DNA of 48,133 bases from Catajapyx aquilonaris. Its lineage: Eukaryota. The stretch lies in NCBI GenBank assembly GCA_000934665.2, contig KZ538164.1, positions 62,001 through 110,133 on the forward strand, in the 5' to 3' direction. A program made the position numbers and the translations under genes. Below the pieces are notes generated by a model. That model was not told where the DNA came from. It made no database searches and saw only the letters and a program-made list of their open reading frames with translations. Below are positions 36,401 through 48,133 of the stretch, piece by piece; position 1 is the first letter of the stretch, and each line of letters begins with the position of its first letter.

Positions 36401-39150
36401 GATATGCTACCAAGTATTATTACAGCAAAAATTAGGAAGACTTATGTTTGAATCATTTTTTTGGAGATAATATTTGCTGAAAATTCTGTTTTGATGTCCT
36501 TCTGGGCGGTAATATCGCAAGAGAACGAGTCGGACCAGGCCTTTCCCAAGTGGCGTTCTCATGAAAATTTCAGACTTCATTCCGGCTCTCTAAATCCGTT
36601 GTGCCAGCGGCGCTTCCTCTCCAAATGTGTAGCTGCTAATTGCCAAGTCTCCCAGGTGGGGCCTTTTCCTTTCAGGCCCTTTTCTCGGCCAGGGGGTGAA
36701 GGCAAAGCCATGAGGGCTCCAAAATGCATGAGCATTTATTCTGACCCGGCCGCTAAAAATGTTCTCTTACTGCTTTAAAAAAAAACCTCAATTGCCACCG
36801 AAAATTGCATTGGAATAATAGGGGCCAGAATGGTACAATAACGTATATAATATGTCGGTTTCGCCCATTTGCATTTTTTTCTTTAAAAAAAGAAAGCAGA
36901 CTTTTTAACTTATAGATGCGCAAATATCGACAGCATGATTTATGAACAGGCGCAAATTGGTCAGACCTAGCTGCAGACCTAACTGATTCAACTTATTACT
37001 TATTAAATGGTTACAGTATACGGAAACCTACGCCGCTCCAGTAATGTGCAGAGAACGTGCAGTGTGCTAATTAAACTTTACTGAGATATTCCAATAAACG
37101 GAGAGGGTGTAGCAGTAGGCAATTCAACTTTTTAAGTGAACTTTCGCCTAATCGACTCATCCGGTTTATTGCATTAAATTCACTAGGAAATGGGCTAAGG
37201 CTAATTCAGATGCACTTCGCTCTCAGTGGCAAAGTTGGTCGTTACATAATCTGCAGGCAGGAAACTGGATATTATGTTTGGAGCTTGATACGCACTAGAG
37301 CAGCCTCTATAACACAGCATAACTTCCCGTGGAGAGAGCCCAGCCAGTCCCTGGAGGCAAAGTTTATCGGTCTCCTTCATCAGTCCCGTCCATCTTTGCA
37401 ATCGCTCCGCTTGAAGCCTCTCCCGCAACACGGAAATCGTTTTACGGCCGACCGAGAATCGAGTGCCGCCTCCACGTGTACTGCCAAATTCATGGGATGT
37501 GCCAGACATAAGGAGCCAATTATCCAGCTCCATCCACTACACTCAAATGGCCCGTGGAGATTGTTGACCTTTTCGGAAATTGTTTGCCACACTATATATA
37601 TAATATATTATACCCTTCCATTGAAAATGGGGAAAGAAATGAGCGAAACACCGACGGATACTTTCCCAGAAGAGAGGAATTTTCTTGGACGTCGCGCCGG
37701 TCCGATTCGAATCCAGATCAATTCTGCTAGATCTGAGTTGGGTTGTAAAAAAAAAGGGACGGATGGAAGTGGGAGTTACAAGAAACCACTGGCTCAGCAC
37801 ACTTTCTTTTTTTTTACTACAACAGTCGAGGCACAGAAAGGAAATTATCCGTCTACCTAAATGGACCAATCGAATTACACTCGAGATCCAATCTGATATG
37901 AATTTGTGCTTGGTCACACCCGACTCCAAGATCGCATAACAGCTGCAGGTGTGCGCGTCTCAAATATTGAAGAACGGAAACCTTTCCAAGTTGATCAAGC
38001 CGGATTATACGAACAAACGCTGACCGTGTCTCGAGGGCCAGCCTCTCTCGGTTCAATACCTTCTTCTCCGGCGGTTTAGATAAAGGCGAGGTCTTCGTGT
38101 TTAGCCACCGACCAGAAAATCCGACAGTAATACGGATGAAAGGAGTTGGCCACAACAATAAAAGAGAAGAACACAATTCTCTGTGGCAAAAAAATGTTTC
38201 GGACAATACTAAACCGTAGACATTTGATTGCAACATGTCAGCTTATTTTATCAAGTTCTGGGCGATTTGTTTCTTCAAAAAAAAAAAACATTTGTGTGTG
38301 TCCCAAAGTGTTGGGGCCCCCCATGGTTGTGATGGGGCAGGCCTTTTCTTCTGGGGGTGGCTGGAAATGGCGGCGCAGGAAAGAAGAGTAGTGGTCCTCC
38401 AACATCGATCGGGGGCTTTGGTGGTGCGGACTCTCCCATTTCCCAGCCCGGGCCTCCCTCACACAGCACTTGCTCTCTGCTGCTATTGCTGATGCTGCTA
38501 GCTGTAGCTGCACTCTGCTACTACATCATTGGAAGTCAGAAAAATACATAATCTCTCTCAGAAATAAAAATACAAATTTTAATTTAATTTTTTAAATACA
38601 TATTTTGATATGGATATCCTATGGAAACTGTTGGGTGTGCATCTATACTCGTACACAAAAGTCATTGTTGGATGGGAAGCTGGATGGGATTAAGTGGCCA
38701 TGGAATCGCGTTATGTTGGGCATTCCGCACGCACACACTCGCAAAAAGGCCAAGCGTCGAGCCGGCTGTGTGAACTTCCAATTGATTCCTTTAACAGCCA
38801 GCCGCATCCTGGTAATTACACGTGCCCAAAAAACCCCTCCAGACCCTCTGTACCTTTGCAATTGCGATGGGTGAATCTCAATGAAGGAGGAAGGAAGGAA
38901 GAGAGGAACTTGGCTCTAGGATAAACACGGAAGGTCTGGTGCGTAGAAAACTGGCAAAATATGATAATTAAAATATAAATCTGTGCACAACTTACTGTAG
39001 AGTTAACGCTTGGTTAATGCTTAACCAAGCGATATAAAACAGGATGTTACGACACCTGAACAGAGTTAAGTGCGGTTTAGTGCTGTTAGTTCTGCATTTT
39101 GGTACTCGCAGAGCAAGAAGTGAAATTATTATGACTGTACACTGCTGCAC

Positions 39151-40168
39151 TACAGGGTGGACAGCGACTCTCGCATAATTGGCATTATTCGGGCTACTCC
39201 TTCATAATTCTTCTGAACCAACATGATGTACAAACTTTTGGTCAAAACTAGTTGAAAGAATCTCTGTACTTTCCCATTATCCAAAAGCTGCTAGCCACCT
39301 TGTATTCTGCTGGCTGCGTTTGTCATCTCAGTACTTGCGAAATTGTACCCTATTATAATAATGAGCAGTATGAAATTGGCACAACAAACGTGCCTTTGTT
39401 CAAAGTTTGCTTTCGTTAATATTATATCAAGCTGGCAACAGGCTAACGGAACGAACGTTGTCCTTTTTACAGTTTCCGTAATGGTTCGAATTTTTAAGTC
39501 AAATCTCATTAAACACACAGAACGCTCTTATAGATGAGATTTTAATTTATTTTTTTTCCTAGTCTGCCAGTTAGCTTTTATATACTCCAAGGCACCATTG
39601 AAACGAGCTTGGATTATTCCAATGGCGAGTTTCATAGCTCGTAAATAAAAATGCGAAGTGGGGAGGAGGTGGGGAGGCTCTATTTCGTCGAAATGGGATA
39701 TTAGATAAGCCGCAGTGTTTAATTGACTGCATCGGAATTATACTCGCAGGCGTAGGTACCAATAGGAATACTGTAACGCCATTTGGTCCGGATTCGTTTC
39801 ATATGTGCCCTGAAAGTCCATGATGTCGAATGTGAATAGTCTCATTAACTTGGGGATACTTTAAATCCAATGCCAACAGCTCTCCTCGCTACGTGAGGAC
39901 TAAACGGTGAATAGTTTTTCACTCCATCAGAATAAATGCAGAAAATGGTTTTTTTCTGCACTCAGCAGACGTGCTATCGTACTTGTAGATGATTGGTAAG
40001 CAAAAATGGATCATGGGATTTGGTCTCGATCTGGAGTAACAAGATCAGATGAATCGAATTTGCGTATGTGCGCAGGAAATTCAACCTGAATATTTTTTTA
40101 TCGCACACTCGAGAATCCAATGAATATGGGCAGATCATGGGATCACTTTTCTTATTTTCCACCCTGTA
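39151..40168. mobile_element. Possible degraded non-autonomous Tc1/mariner-like element (~1 kb)
   Basis: TACAGGGTGGA (39151-39161) and its exact reverse complement TCCACCCTGTA (40158-40168) give TA-flanked CAGGGTG termini. There is no transposase, and the match is only 11 bp, so it could be a chance pairing of two independent ends. Confidence 0.25.
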
Positions 40169-40743
40169 TTGTAGTAATTCACCGAGAAACGATAATGGTG
40201 GTTGCGCAGTGCCATGATGCATTTTTTTGGAACACATTACGATGCAGTATTTTTTACAAACAGTGTTTGAAGTATTGGGCTGATTTTGTTACAAAGCCCA
40301 GCAATGTATCCCAGTATAAATTTAAGAATGATAATGCGGGATCAAAGCGTCTAGCCCCGGATGCCCCTCTCCTTGATCCGGATTCCAATAATAGTCGCCG
40401 GAATTTGGTGCTGGGAATGCCCCAGCTTAAAACCAGGTGTCCAGGTTGCGCCGGATTTTTTGGGGGACCGAGTCTCTGGGCCTCCAGCAGCAGCAGCATC
40501 AGGCCAGAGGGAGGGGCCGCACGTGTGTACATTTTTTATCGGTCCAGTTTGTACAGCAGCAGCATCCCAACCCCGCAGGATTAATGGGAATCAATACGTT
40601 CCCATTTTAGGTCATCCTGTACTCTGATCCGCCGGATATCTAAGTAGGCGGCCATGAATAATGGCCTCTCTAAACGAACGTAACTGGGCCGCGCACATCT
40701 TTGGAGAGGGCTGCTGGAGCAAAGTTTTCGGAAGGAAAAAAAA

Positions 40744-40760
40744 TGTGTGTGTGTGTGTGT
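40744..40760. repeat. (TG)8 microsatellite
   Basis: Read directly. Confidence 0.85.
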
Positions 40761-41430
40761 CTGATATGATGGTCCCTCTGGAGCCAATGGGCAGCAGGAA
40801 AAGGAGCTGGGAACAGAGAGAGAGTTCCAAGACTGGCATGCAATTTATGTCCCGAACGTCTGGGAAACTGGAACTGATCGCTTCCTTAATTCTTTTCACC
40901 TTCCTCCTTCAGCGCCAAGCTTGATTTGGCAGAAAAGAGCGTGCTGGCTTTTTTCCCCCCATTCACCTCCTCCATTTGCAGAGTGATACATTGGCGACAT
41001 ATTTATTTTCTCCCGAGCCTATCTCCATAAATGGGAGAAAAACTGAATGTCGTAAAGCAAAGCAGTACGTTAACCTAGTTCGCCTGTAGCATGTGACCGG
41101 ATGGAATAATCATGAGGAAAGTACAGAGGAAGCAACGCGGCTTATTCTACAGTATGTTCCTGCACAGTGATTTTCATGCTTGAAAGAGAACATAAACATG
41201 TAAGTCAGACTATTGCACCCCCGTGCTTGTAAGGTTAACAACACTGCAACTCTCATTAGAAACGTCTCGTTTTCAGTTATCTGCAGAAATAAAACTACCC
41301 TCTCATGCAGCACGCAATGGCTCATGTCCCTCAAGGCGTGGAATGTTAACCGCGTGCGACCCGAGTCACACCAAGCATTTTATTATCTAACTAAGCTATC
41401 TGGCCAAAGGATGGGGAGGGGGGGGGGGGG

Positions 41431-41439
41431 NNNNNNNNN
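41431..41439. other. Assembly gap (9 N) inside a poly-G run; a single N also occurs at 409 in another poly-G run
   Basis: N characters are flanked by G homopolymers. Confidence 0.95.
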
Positions 41440-44400
41440 GGGGGGAAAGAAGACGAAAAAAACATGAAGTTGTTACTTCCTGAAGTGGACTACAATTTTG
41501 TCCACTTTGAATTCCCACTTGACTGCCAGCCCTCTCTGTAAAGAAGGGCTCTCATCATCTGTGCCCACATGCTTCACCACTAACTACAAGAGTTAACAAA
41601 AATAAAAATAAAATCCGGATAAGTGCAGTATTCAATGAGTGGTCAATATATGTCTTCAATATTTTAAAAGAGGTTATTAATGTACCTCATCATGTTGCTT
41701 AACAAATTAATACTGGACTATATCCGCAAAATTCGCTAAAAAATTCATACGAGAGTAATGGGTCGGAAAATCCAGGGGCAATTTACCGTTCACTTATTCA
41801 ATAAATTTATGCCGAGTAGAGGCCACATGTCAGATTAGTTATACAGGCCTGACGTAGTAATAAAGCTCAACATTTTGACGCGATTCCATCAGCTACCCAT
41901 GGAAAAAAATGATCAAAATGCGTATCCGAGGTATACGTTCCCGGCAATTTCAGTTCCAGTGTAATAATGTTTTATTAAGCCCATTAATGCATGTTCGATG
42001 TTGTTTTAATTTATCATTGGTAATTATTACGCCTGGAACCTAATGATTTATTAATTCCCATCCGGGCTTCCGCGGGCCTCTGTTTGATGTACGGGCCTGG
42101 TTCGACGAATCTGTACCCTCCCCAAAATTATGCTACGACATACCCAGCCCATAACTTATATTGTGAGGCCCAAGCACAAGACATGCATCCCTGCGGTGTA
42201 AGTAAAGGAGGCTTAACTTTGAGGATTCCAAACTGTTAGCATTTCCAGAATTGAATGCAAACTGAGCGAAACACTCTAAAATGATGGCAGTTTGGAAGGA
42301 TTCACTAAATCTCGACCGCAGTTAATTAGTTTTGGAAGAACTGCTGGCGGAGAAAGGGGATCCTTCTCCTCAGGCCTCTGGAGCCATAGATGGAGGCATA
42401 ATGGAGGGGGCTGGCTCCGATAGCAAATAATAGTCAGGGGATAGACTTAGCTGCTCTATGATGGCTGCAGACCATGGAGACGGAAAGGCAGGGTAGAAAT
42501 CTAATGGTCGGATGAGAGATTGTTGGTTGACTATTAGTGTCCCCCCCAAAAAAACTTGCAACATTCTGAGTTTTTGTTTGCGTGTCGGGATTGGGTTGCT
42601 GATGGCCGATGGAACGCTAGATTGTTGAACCCCCAATCCACTTAACAATTAACGTTAACAAGATGAACCACGCCAAGTAAATACGTCAAGAATAATAATT
42701 TAACTGGTTCTTCATATTCTTTGTATTAAGCGTGAATGGTGCATTCAGGAGGCTTATTATTATTAATTACCCGCCGAGCAACAGCAAGGATTATCCTGAT
42801 GCAGGTTTCGTAACTTTCTCTGCAACCTAGGCCATGAATTAATCATAATTGTGTTGTGCAATGCCTGCCGTGTGTAAAGTCTGGAACTCTTTCTTCATTA
42901 TTTATAGTGGACCACCCTTCGACCTCTATTCCAAGCGATTCGCTAGTGTAAGTTTACAACCAGTATAAACTGACGAACATGTGTTGCAGAATATATATTA
43001 ACAACGAGTCTAACAAGATTGTTAAAGTGATTATTTCAGACATAGAAGAGAGAAAAAAACGCGATTCTTTCCCCCTCCTCTCAAGTTCAGTCTGAGAGCC
43101 TATGAGTCAAGATCCCTGGACGTAAATGAACGTAAGCCCTTCCCGATGCTGACCGTGGTCTCCACAGCAAAGAGCAGAGACCACCCCCCTTGTTTCTGGG
43201 AGCAAATATTTGCACAATTGGTCCAAGAACCTGAGGGGATGTGACCAGATAAGGAACGACCGGATTTTTTTTTTTGGCGGGCCAAAGAGGATTTTCCAGT
43301 ACGGGGTGAGACACGGGTACATTTTTTGGTCATGTTTTTTTGGTCCAATCTGTACACTGGATGACTCAACATAAGCGCAGGCCACAATGCGGCATCGGTT
43401 TAATGAGCAGGCCACCGAGCCAACAAAAGGAAGGAGTTGACAAAAGGGGTCGGTGTCGGTATGAGGCCTGCAATCAGACATTATCGCGCAATCACACAGA
43501 ACCGTCAATCCGGTTTTTCCAGTGCGATCGATCCCCCACCGAGATGAATGGCCCTCCCCGATAGATCGGGGGGTGTTTTTTTGGGTGTCCGGTCCTACCA
43601 GTTTTTGGCAGCTCATGCTCCATGTTTGAGGCAGGCCATTCCCCCACCCAACCCTAAATAAAAGGGCATACCTCCAGCACATAATATAATGGGTGGTGAT
43701 CCACTGGTGGAAAGCGCAGATTACTCACTTTTCAGTAGGTGTCGCGGACTCATTTTTAAATGCTTGCTCGGCTAAATATAGTGGCAGCTTACACTCTTGA
43801 TAAATTATATCACAGAGTCTTTGTGTTGGAGAATATAAGCGACCAAGGTTTAGTTGTGTTGGGGGGATTAGGGCTAGGACTTTTAGTGTTGCGTAAAGGA
43901 CGGGCTTTGTGATGCAAGGCCGCTGGGGACTACACACAAAAAAAGTGGAATAATTTATAAGTGACTCCCACGCATGGGTCGGGAGCGAATTCACTAATTG
44001 CGTCAATTATTCCGTCTCGGCGGACGGTATATTTATGCGGGCTTGATTTCGATGAAATTAATTTGCGCGTGAGGTTCCAAAAGCCTTGGCTTTTCTGGTG
44101 GAAGAAATGAAATCTTGTCATCTGTACAGTTCATTAAAATGTTTGTGCAGTCCTAAATATTTCAGATACTTATCATATAATGATTGTATGACCCCACACA
44201 ATAAACAAGTTGACTCATCACCTAGGTAGTACCGGTAGTGTAGCTTTCACTTCTGTCCTCTAATTGTTGAACGAGGAAAGCGCCCTGGTGGACTTTGTCC
44301 ACGCAGTGACTCATCACCAACGTTCATGTAGTACTACTTTCTTCCGGAGAGTGGCAGGAGTGTGCAGAGGGAGTGCATATGCGCCAACTGGCAGTGGCAT

Positions 44401-44798
44401 ATCATACTGCGTCCAAGTTGGGGGTGGGCCATAAAATTTGTCAACGGGTCCGTTACTATAGTTTAATATGTTTCTGTATGAGCTGAACAAAGTGGCAGCA
44501 TTGCATTCTTCAGGCCAATCGCTTCAATTCCCGCCAAACAACAGGCGCTTCTGATTGGTCCGGTGTTGCCACGCTGCCTGGTTTCGACCTGCAGCCTTTC
44601 CCTTCCGCAATGTAATGTAAAGCCTGGCTATGATTTATGTTGTAGCCATCAGGACTTTATGTAAATGGGGCTTGTTCCTCGTGGGAAGAAAAAAAAAGCC
44701 ATGCTCCAAACCTAGAGCGGAGTCAGCAGGAGGGGAAAGAGTAACGATTTCCCATCCGACCAATCGCGGGCTACAACGCGCAAATCTCAGGGTTTTAT

Positions 44799-44861
44799 GA
44801 AAGGAGAAAGAAAGGAAGAGAAAGAGAAAGAAGGAAGAAGAAGAAGAAGAAAAAAGAGAGA
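44799..44861. repeat. 63-nt uninterrupted polypurine tract including (GAA)n
   Basis: Only A/G on the + strand from 44799 to 44861. Confidence 0.85.
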
Positions 44862-45557
44862 TGAATCCGAGACGCCACTTGTTTCAATTTTGGGTGGCGC
44901 CTTAGGGACCCCCACAGTCCAACAAGCGTCGGACAAGACAGACGGTCACCTTCATGCGCTCGACCAATCCCTGTTCTTGCCTCGGGGACTCAAAAACCCA
45001 CAACTTCGTTTCGCTACTACTCTTACAGATATTGCCAAATGGCCATTTGGCCTCCCCGAAAAAAAATAAAGAAAAAAGAATATTGGGGGATCTCCTTATA
45101 CAGTGCATGGACCAAATTAGGCCACCTTAATTTCTAAGAAAATTAGCGGATTTCTTTACAATATAATGTGAGTTCAAATTTTCTTTGGAATAAGCCTAAT
45201 CTGTATAGCAAGTACTTTCGTGAAAATAATGTGTGGTTTGCCCCCAGACCAGCAGTGAATACTCAGTACTTATGTCAGAATTTGCGTGCAGGTGGGGAGG
45301 GGGAATGAGCTTGACCACTAATGGACAGGCTAAATAAATTGACACTATTGGAACTATAAGCCGTTTGGTCCCCGCTGCCATCAGTTCCCCCCTCCCTTCA
45401 ATGTGATTACAATCAATTGGAGTGGGTAACGCGAATAAGGCCAATTTTCCGCCCTGCTTCTACAGACACACTCAGCAACTTGAAACGACCATGGCTAAGT
45501 GAACACTGACCTCATTTTCGGGGAAGCCCGCTCCGGACCTCAACACAATCCCTTGCT

Positions 45558-45575
45558 CACACACACACACACACA
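45558..45575. repeat. (CA)9 microsatellite
   Basis: Read directly. Confidence 0.85.
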
Positions 45576-48133
45576 AAAAAAGACAAGGAAAAAAAAAGCA
45601 CAAGCACAAGACATATCTCTAGGGCGGTAATCATAATCCGGGGGGAAAAAACTATAAAGCATGAGGTTAATGGCCCGAGCAACGTAACACGGCTTTTAAT
45701 TTAAAATGTTCATGCAAGAGTTACGGGAGGAGCCAGACCCGGAAAAAAAGGATTCAATTTAATTAGCTGTAAAAAAAAAGGCACATAAGAAGATGCTATG
45801 AGCTGCTGCTCGGATCGGGTATTTTTAACCTAATGAAGATATTTTCATGCAGTTCACGGTATTTAAAAGCTGGAACATTTCGCACATGACTTCTCACAAT
45901 CCAAGAACTGCGGTTATGTGTAAGATGGCCAAAAAGTTAATTCTGGAGCAAGCCCGGGTTTTTTCCCCCGTATTTTTAAATTCCTAGCAGTAGCTTTGTT
46001 GCTGCATTGTTTAAATGTAATTCACCTTCCAGCCTGGAGCTCTCTCTGCGCGTCAATACCGGTGTACCCAGCAATTACAACCCCGGAATGCAGCGTGCAC
46101 AGTGCCACACTCCGGAATGGGAAAATGCCAGTACTAAGTAAGCCCAGATCTCTCAAGAACCCAAAGCACAGACTCGAATAAATTGCATCAATGCCCATTG
46201 TAATAAAATGCAAGTTTCGAACTCCTCTACACGTACCCCCGCGATAAAGTCCAGGCGTGATTGGAACAAATTTATGATGTGGGTGTAAGTGTCCAGAATG
46301 ATGTGAGCAAGGTTCTTAAATTTTACGGCCCCGTAAATCAAAAAGCGCAAGTTGATAAATGGGTTGAAGCCTGAGAAGAGGGGGAAAAAAAAGAGTCTAC
46401 AGGGTGATTCGTAACAATCTGGGTCACTATGTCCTCGTTTGCATCACGATGTGTGTACACACCGTGAGAGAGAGAACTTTAAAGGTGGGAACTGAGCCAA
46501 AATCTTTGATCCTCCCCACCTGAATTCATTGATGAGCAACAAGTGTCGCACGGATTTTGGGGGGTAAAGCATACCCTTGGAGGTCCGGCACCTTTTGCGG
46601 GAGCCCTCTCAATTTCCTACCTGTTGGGGGCGAAAGGGTGAGAGGGAGGGGGGTTGAAAAGCTTCCTCCTGCGGTGCATCGATCCTGCAGGGTTGCTCTG
46701 GAAAAAGAAAAAAAATCTGAACCTTTTTTTCCCCCCCTCTCTCACACTCCAGCCTGTCATCAATCCTGGAGAACCGGTTAGTTAATTCAAGAAAACGAGA
46801 CGCTCCATTTATTCAGGCGGATTGACAGACTGCCTGCCTTGCATGGCCTTGACCATCCTCGTAGCCAGACGGGTTAAGGTAGGGCAGGCAATCAATCAAT
46901 ATCTTATGCAAGCACATCCTCTGGAATCCTCTTTGGATTTACTATATAAAAAAGCTCGTGGAGGGTTTCTTCCGTGAGCACTGTTTCATCCTGAAGAGTA
47001 TGCAACAACACCCTTGTGCAATTGAAAGTATAACTAGTCAGGCGCAAAAGTACTTCGGATCTGATCTTGCAAAGCAGCAACAATTTTATAGTCTACCACT
47101 AGTAGATTCCTGTGGTTCATATTTTTTCTGTGTGTGTGCCAGGCCTTGAAGGCAAAGCAGCAGGGTTAATCTGTGCACGGCAGTGATTTAGACGCGGAAT
47201 GGCGCCCATGGCGCCAAAGCCCGTCCACCGTAACTCTCCGCAAACAATTTGGAAGCTATTTTCATAAATAGCTCAAAAATTATGCTTCTCTATCCTCTCT
47301 CTAGTCCGGTCGAGGGAATAGGAGGATGCGCAGTAAATTCCAGGCCATGGCTTCTTTTTTTTTTTTCCTCCAGCCCCTTTTCATTCTGGGGAGAGAGGCC
47401 GAGAGGGATGAGAATAGATCACGGCTATACCTGAGACACTTTTTTAATCACAATAAACTTTGCCACTTAGCTCCCTCCTCCCATACTCTAAACCGGATTC
47501 CTGCAGCGGGCGACATTATTCCCTGGCCGCGAATATCGTCACACTCTTCACCACACCGCGGCCCTTTTATGACCCACCAACTTTTCCCGCAACAATATAT
47601 TTACTCGGGCTAAGTTAAAAGTCCACTTTAAACGAGTAATTAAACTCGTCGTGTTTGTCAGCCCTTTATGACAACCGCGCAGTTATTTACGAGTGAAAAT
47701 ATGATAGCAACGGAAAAAAAACAACGTTTAAAAAAAATTATTTGCTAATGTTATTTTCAAGACGATTTGTGTGTCGGCCTATTGCAAGGCCGTATTGATT
47801 ATTGAACAAAGGCGTTGGAGGTGGTACTGCTTCCAAGTTGTTGTTCTGGCCCCCAAACACCCACGCACCCAAAACCATAAAACATTGACACTGTACAATG
47901 TGAGTGTTATGTCCGGAGACCGAGGAACTGCTGAATGATACACTACGCCATCTTTGCTACTCACTTTATTTCTTTTGTTTTACTCCGAGAGGTGCTGCCA
48001 CCTGTCTGTATAATGCCTAACACCTCCCCCCGTAGAAAAAAACATAGGAAAAAAACAACAAAAAAAAACAACACATCCCGAGTACAGTATGAGAATTCCA
48101 GAAAATCCACACGTCCAAAACACAAAAATAATA

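Noticed and set aside
37210..37860. 216-aa + strand ORF (also 171 aa at 35564, 191 aa at 43107, 154 aa at 40120)
   Set aside because: No recognisable domain or codon bias, and they run through homopolymers, which is consistent with random ORFs.
1..48133. CRISPR array, operon, prophage, rRNA/tRNA genes or intact transposase/reverse transcriptase
   Set aside because: No regularly spaced repeats, dense ORFs or catalytic motifs were seen. The DNA is eukaryotic and intron/intergenic in character.

Overview
This is eukaryotic, almost certainly arthropod, genomic DNA and is mostly non-coding. The only recognisable protein-coding sequence is a minus-strand exon (ATG at 21737, splice donor after 21063). 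It encodes the N-terminus and TM1-TM4/ECL2 of an aminergic class A GPCR matching the alpha2-adrenergic-like octopamine receptor family (Octalpha2R/OA3; Drosophila CG18208 type). I found no exon for TM5-TM7, so positions 1-21062 are probably part of an intron longer than 21 kb. The ~25 kb upstream look like gene-free regulatory/intergenic DNA with G-runs, microsatellites and short degraded DNA-transposon-like ends. The best leads are (i) a dense cluster of nuclear-receptor half-sites (DR0/FTZ-F1-type, IR3, DR5) in the GC-rich region upstream of the receptor, and (ii) an in-frame 117-codon read-through past the donor, ending just before AATAAA signals, which could give a truncated receptor isoform. 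I see no convincing evidence of a novel multi-gene system. The remaining ORFs in the track look spurious.
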